This document shows, in pieces, positions 45,045 to 48,780 of a stretch of 48,780 nucleotides of DNA. Every line of letters begins with the position of its first letter. Positions within the stretch are counted from its first letter, which is position 1. Origin of the DNA: a virus (Duplodnaviria > Caudoviricetes); IMG/VR virus record IMGVR_UViG_3300037760_000080, positions 1 to 48,780 of that record; one strand, written 5' to 3'. The notes beneath the pieces are model-generated. The model made no database searches. It was given only the letters and a program-made list of their open reading frames with translations, and was not told where the DNA came from. The position numbers and the translations under genes were made by a program.

Positions 45045-45262
45045 CCGGCGACTATCGCACCACCCACAATGGCATCACCGTCGAAATCCAACACGACTGG
45101 ATCGCCCGCCCACCCGAACGAGACATCGCCCCCGTCGGGCTCGGCATATGTGAGTTCTGCGAGTTCGACGTGCTCGCCGGCAGCGAGATCGCATCGGTCA
45201 ACGACGGCCGGTACGCCCACTGGGACTGTGTGCCGTGGGGCGACGAGGAGGACGCACCGTGA
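45041..45262 (+). CDS. hypothetical protein
   Basis: AGGAGG RBS; CEFC...HWDC. Confidence 0.6.
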   Translation: MTGDYRTTHNGITVEIQHDWIARPPERDIAPVGLGICEFCEFDVLAGSEIASVNDGRYAHWDCVPWGDEEDAP

Positions 45263-45486
45263 AACCACCAATCCGACCGGTCTACGTCCAGTTCGGTGAT
45301 CACCCCAGAATCCAGATCGGAACCATCAGCGGCAACGTCGCGGACTTCGGTCCACGCCATTGGCAAGCGAAAGCGCTACGTCAAGCAGCCGACGATCTCT
45401 ACGGCGACGACGGGCCAGGTAACCCGTTGTCTGTAGCGACATGGCTGCGGGAGCGCGCTGATCGGATCGAGCAGGACGAGCCGTGA
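45259..45486 (+). CDS. hypothetical protein
   Basis: GGAGG RBS; WLRERADRIE. Confidence 0.6.
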   Translation: MKPPIRPVYVQFGDHPRIQIGTISGNVADFGPRHWQAKALRQAADDLYGDDGPGNPLSVATWLRERADRIEQDEP

Positions 45487-45677
45487 CGCCCGCCGAGCTC
45501 GCCACCGCCGACCTGGCCCGCCGCGCCTGGAAAATCCTGGTCCGCATGCGGTGGGAAGCCCCCGACGTGACAGCCGCCAGGAGGGCCGAACTCGACCACG
45601 AACTGAGCATGCGGGCACGACGGAAAAAGCGGGAACGGCGGGCCGCGGCGATGGCAGACCGAAAGACAGCAGCATGA
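45483..45677 (+). CDS. hypothetical basic protein
   Basis: Coupled ORF. Confidence 0.5.
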   Translation: MTPAELATADLARRAWKILVRMRWEAPDVTAARRAELDHELSMRARRKKRERRAAAMADRKTAA

Positions 45678-45683
45678 GAGGGA

Positions 45684-46073
45684 GTGAGTCAGATTCCATG
45701 GTTCAAAGTGGACGACAAGCTTGCATCCCATCCAAAGGTGATGCGAGCCGGCTTGGCCGCCATGGGCCTATGGGTCAAGGCAGGATCTTGGTCCGCGCGC
45801 TATCTGACAGATGGGCACATTCCGACCGAGGCGCTGGGAATGTTGGGCGGCACCAGAGCACATGCCCAAGCCTTGGTGAAGGCCGGTCTGTGGTTCGAAG
45901 ACATGGACGGCTGGCGCTTCAAGGACTGGTCCGACTTCCAGCCATCTGCCGCCGACGTGGAGCTGTACCGCAATGCCACAGCCAAGGGTGGCGTTCGAGG
46001 CAACCATTATCGATGGCACGTGTCGAGAGGTGTCACCAGTCCCGATTGCGAATTCTGCAATCAGGGCGAATAG
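45684..46073 (+). CDS. replication initiator-like protein (N-terminal domain)
   Basis: PWFKVDDKLASHPKV...AAMGLWV...TDGHIP...LVKAGLW...FKDWSDFQP. Confidence 0.75.
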   Translation: MSQIPWFKVDDKLASHPKVMRAGLAAMGLWVKAGSWSARYLTDGHIPTEALGMLGGTRAHAQALVKAGLWFEDMDGWRFKDWSDFQPSAADVELYRNATAKGGVRGNHYRWHVSRGVTSPDCEFCNQGE

Positions 46074-46076
46074 GGC

Positions 46077-46181
46077 ATCGCCTACCCGATTCGCAATTGG
46101 ATATCGCCTACCTGATCGCCTACCCGATCAGGTCAGGGATCCCATTCGTCCCGATTCGGATCATCGAGTCGGAATCGCCTA
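46077..46181 (+). repeat. iteron-like direct repeats (probable origin)
   Basis: ATCGCCTACC(C/T)GAT at 46077, 46103, 46115; ATCGCCTA at 46174. Confidence 0.65.
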
Positions 46182-46279
46182 AGCATCCCCCGTACCCGTA
46201 CCCGATAACTACCTCCTTCCAAGACCAATCCGTCACGGAGACCAAGTAAGCCACCAGCCGCCGACGATTGGGCTTGGAC

Positions 46280-46498
46280 ATGGACCTGACCGACGAACTT
46301 CCCGACTACCGCTGCTGCACACTCGCCCCGGACCATCCCGGAACCTGCGTCTGGAAGTGCAACGACTGCAACGGCAGCGGTCACTGCTGGCTGTGCCGCG
46401 GTGACAGCGGACTCGACGACCTAGCTTGGTGCTCCGAATGTGACGGCATCGGGACTTGCTGGACGTGCAACGGAACCGGCGAACGAGCGGAGCCGTGA
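46280..46498 (+). CDS. DnaJ-like Cys-rich Zn-finger protein
   Basis: CNDCNGSGHCWLCRG...CSECDGIGTCWTCNGTG. Confidence 0.7.
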   Translation: MDLTDELPDYRCCTLAPDHPGTCVWKCNDCNGSGHCWLCRGDSGLDDLAWCSECDGIGTCWTCNGTGERAEP

Positions 46499-47010
46499 TG
46501 GACCTGACCGACACCACCCGGCTCGCCGCCATCATCAACACTTACCCCGGCGAAGAATGGCGTCCGATACCCGGCTACGAACAGACCTACGCGATCTCAA
46601 CCCACGGTCGCGTCTGGAGCGCCCCGCGACCGACGACGTCTGGTGGGCTACTCAGCCAACGGCGAGACCGCAACGGCTATCCAATGGTCAACCTCGTCCA
46701 AGACGGCGGCGAGCGGTCCCGCAGGGTGCACATTCTCGTAGCACTCGCGTTCCTCGGCCCCAGGCCAGCGGGTAGGCAGATCAGACACTTGGACGGCGAT
46801 ACGTCGAACCCACACGTCACCAACCTGGCCTACGGCACGCCTCGTGAGAACGGCCTAGACACGGTAAGCCATGGCAAGAACAACCAAGCCAACAAGACGC
46901 ATTGTCCACGTGGTCATCCTTACGACTCGACCAACACCCTGGTCAGTGGCGGCCGGCGCTACTGCCGCACATGCAAGCGAGCACGGGAGGCAGCCCGTGG
47001 ACATAACTGA
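46498..47010 (+). CDS. NUMOD4-HNH homing endonuclease
   Basis: EEWRPIPGYE..YAISTHGRV, VHILVALAFLGPRP, RHLDGD..N...NLAYGT..EN, KTHCPRGH. Confidence 0.92.
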   Translation: MDLTDTTRLAAIINTYPGEEWRPIPGYEQTYAISTHGRVWSAPRPTTSGGLLSQRRDRNGYPMVNLVQDGGERSRRVHILVALAFLGPRPAGRQIRHLDGDTSNPHVTNLAYGTPRENGLDTVSHGKNNQANKTHCPRGHPYDSTNTLVSGGRRYCRTCKRAREAARGHN

Positions 47011-47386
47011 GATCACCCGATTGGCTGCCGTGATTAATACCGTTCGCCCCGACTGGCCACAAGCATCACTCACCACCCACATCGTCAAACACCTGTCACA
47101 CCGGCCGTTCCGAGACGCGCTCATCGCGCTGGCTTGGGTGGCCGCCGACCCCGACACCGCCACCCCGGCAAGGGTGCTCGAACAAGGCCCGTGGTGGGAC
47201 GCCGTAGCCGCCGGCAACAACCAGGCACCCGCCACCCCGACCAACGACCGGCTCGACGGCCGCTGCAAGTGCGGCTCATGGGTGGTCCACGGCGAACCGC
47301 ACCAGTGCGCCCGACTCGGCGACCCCCACGCCGGCGCCGCCGCAGTCCGCGCCGCCCTGCACGCCGCGAGGAAGGACACACCGTGA
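46997..47386 (+). CDS. hypothetical protein (replication region)
   Basis: GGGAGG RBS; RLAAVINTVRPDW...AADPDTATPARV..GPWW. Confidence 0.7.
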   Translation: MDITEITRLAAVINTVRPDWPQASLTTHIVKHLSHRPFRDALIALAWVAADPDTATPARVLEQGPWWDAVAAGNNQAPATPTNDRLDGRCKCGSWVVHGEPHQCARLGDPHAGAAAVRAALHAARKDTP

Positions 47387-48087
47387 GCCCACAGCAGTGC
47401 GCACGCTGCGACTTCCACGGCGATCTCGCCGAACACGCCGCCGACACCAGCCACCCGCTGTGCATCGTCTGCTACCGCTCGCTGCCACTCGGCCACCAGC
47501 AGACCTGCGCCACCTGTATCGGCTGGGCCAGACGCTCACTCAACCGCATCGAAGAGCTCTACCCGCTGCTGCCGCATGAACTGATCGCCCGCGCCGGCAC
47601 CGCCACAGCCATGGACCCCAGCGGCATCCGCGCCGACAACGACCCACTCCTCGGCGGCGACGTCATGGTCATGCTCGGCCCCGGCTCCACCCGCTACCAC
47701 AGCGACGCCGTGCACGCCGACAGCATCCTCGGCCAACTCGAACGGTGGGAACAGGACTGGCGCATCACCTTCGGCGACCAGGCCGCCACAGTCCAAGCCA
47801 CCCTCAGCGGCTGCATGATCTACCTGCTGCGCCAACTAACCCGCGCCGCGCAAGAACACCCCACCTTCCACGAATGGGCCGAAGATGTGCGGCAGATGCG
47901 CCGCGGTGTCGAACAGGCGCTGAATCTGATACCCGAACGCTCACCCGTGCCGTGCATCACCTGCGGCACCCGCTCGCTCGAGCGGCCGGCACCGAAGGAC
48001 TACGAGTGGCGCTGCGCCCGCTGCCACCGGAACTACACGCAGGACGAGTTCTACATGGCCATGCGCCAGCACGGGAAGGCGGTCTAG
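47383..48087 (+). CDS. Zn-ribbon protein (possible late regulator)
   Basis: Multiple CxxC pairs; position near the right end. Confidence 0.65.
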   Translation: MSPQQCARCDFHGDLAEHAADTSHPLCIVCYRSLPLGHQQTCATCIGWARRSLNRIEELYPLLPHELIARAGTATAMDPSGIRADNDPLLGGDVMVMLGPGSTRYHSDAVHADSILGQLERWEQDWRITFGDQAATVQATLSGCMIYLLRQLTRAAQEHPTFHEWAEDVRQMRRGVEQALNLIPERSPVPCITCGTRSLERPAPKDYEWRCARCHRNYTQDEFYMAMRQHGKAV

Positions 48088-48285
48088 ATGATCACCGTTG
48101 CCGAGCTCGCGGCCTACCTCGGCGTGACTCCCAGCGCCGTGCGGCAGGTGGTGCGAAGGCACGGGATCCGGCCCGTTGGGGCACGGTGGAAGGCCAAGCT
48201 GTACGACGCCGCCGAGGTGCTGCGACACACCGGGCACGACGATCGCTTGGCCAACACAGATCCGATGTGTCACACTCACCGGTAG
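48088..48285 (+). CDS. HTH DNA-binding protein
   Basis: ITVAELAAYLGVTPSAVRQ. Confidence 0.7.
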   Translation: MITVAELAAYLGVTPSAVRQVVRRHGIRPVGARWKAKLYDAAEVLRHTGHDDRLANTDPMCHTHR

Positions 48286-48367
48286 CGGACGTATGCCCGC
48301 AGTCAAGGCCCACCCCACATCGGGTGGGCTGCGTCATGTCCGGCCCCGGCATCGAAGGCGGTGGGCC

Positions 48368-48712
48368 ATGACAACCCGGCCGTGCCTCGACTGTGGGGCC
48401 CTCGTCCGAACCCGACCCGGCAGCAAGCAGGGCACCCGATGCCCGGCCTGCCAGCGGGACAGGGATCGGGATCGGGATCGGGCCAAGCGGGCACGCCGGC
48501 CATACGTCGACGCTGAGAGGCAACGCCGTGCCCAGGTGGTGCAGGCGTGGCGCGCCGAGCATGGCGACTGGTGCCCTGGATGGCAGCGCCCACCCCACCC
48601 TGCTACCGACCTGACCGCAGACCACGTCGTTGCGTTCGCTGTTGTTGGTCACGAGCTGAGTGAACTCGCAGTGCTGTGTCGATCATGCAACGGTGCGAAA
48701 GGTAAACGCTGA
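48368..48712 (+). CDS. terminase-associated HNH endonuclease
   Basis: RPCLDCG, RCPAC, DLTADHV, LAVLCRSCNGAKG; last gene before TerS on the circular map. Confidence 0.88.
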   Translation: MTTRPCLDCGALVRTRPGSKQGTRCPACQRDRDRDRDRAKRARRPYVDAERQRRAQVVQAWRAEHGDWCPGWQRPPHPATDLTADHVVAFAVVGHELSELAVLCRSCNGAKGKR

Positions 48713-48780
48713 CTGTAAGTTTTGCGGCGACGACGGGCAGGGGGCACCCCCAAACCGGACATTCGTCACCTTTTGCCGAC

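Noticed and set aside
48455-48482. GGGATC tandem repeat
   Set aside because: Short in-frame RD repeat within the HNH linker.

Overview
Apparently complete ~48.8 kb genome of a high-GC temperate siphovirus of an actinobacterial host (two WhiB genes, r1t holin, leaderless promoters). Gene order: terminase, portal, HK97-type protease and capsid; a sugar-synthesis/glycosyltransferase block among the head genes; tail; lysis; a second fibre/appendage module; a leftward accessory operon; a tyrosine integrase and repressor with attP (tRNA-Asn 3' half) inside the repressor gene; early/replication genes; terminal HNH. The stand-out locus is 36119-38016, at the start of the early operon. A stand-alone Cas7/RAMP-like gene and a conserved partner gene are interleaved with three arrays of G(G/T)(C/T)-NN pentamers, cut into 11 units by a GGCAG(G/T)C delimiter. 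Reading only the variable NN dinucleotides, reverse-complemented with one skipped base between them, gives protein-like codon strings. One spells L-S-L-L-D-A-G-G-M, a motif in the RAMP gene itself, where the phage's own copy mismatches at synonymous Ser and Leu codons. This suggests an RNA-guided, gapped-code anti-competitor system with codon-based self-avoidance. It resembles what I recall as VIPR systems, which I could not verify here. All family assignments come from motif recognition by eye, not database searches.
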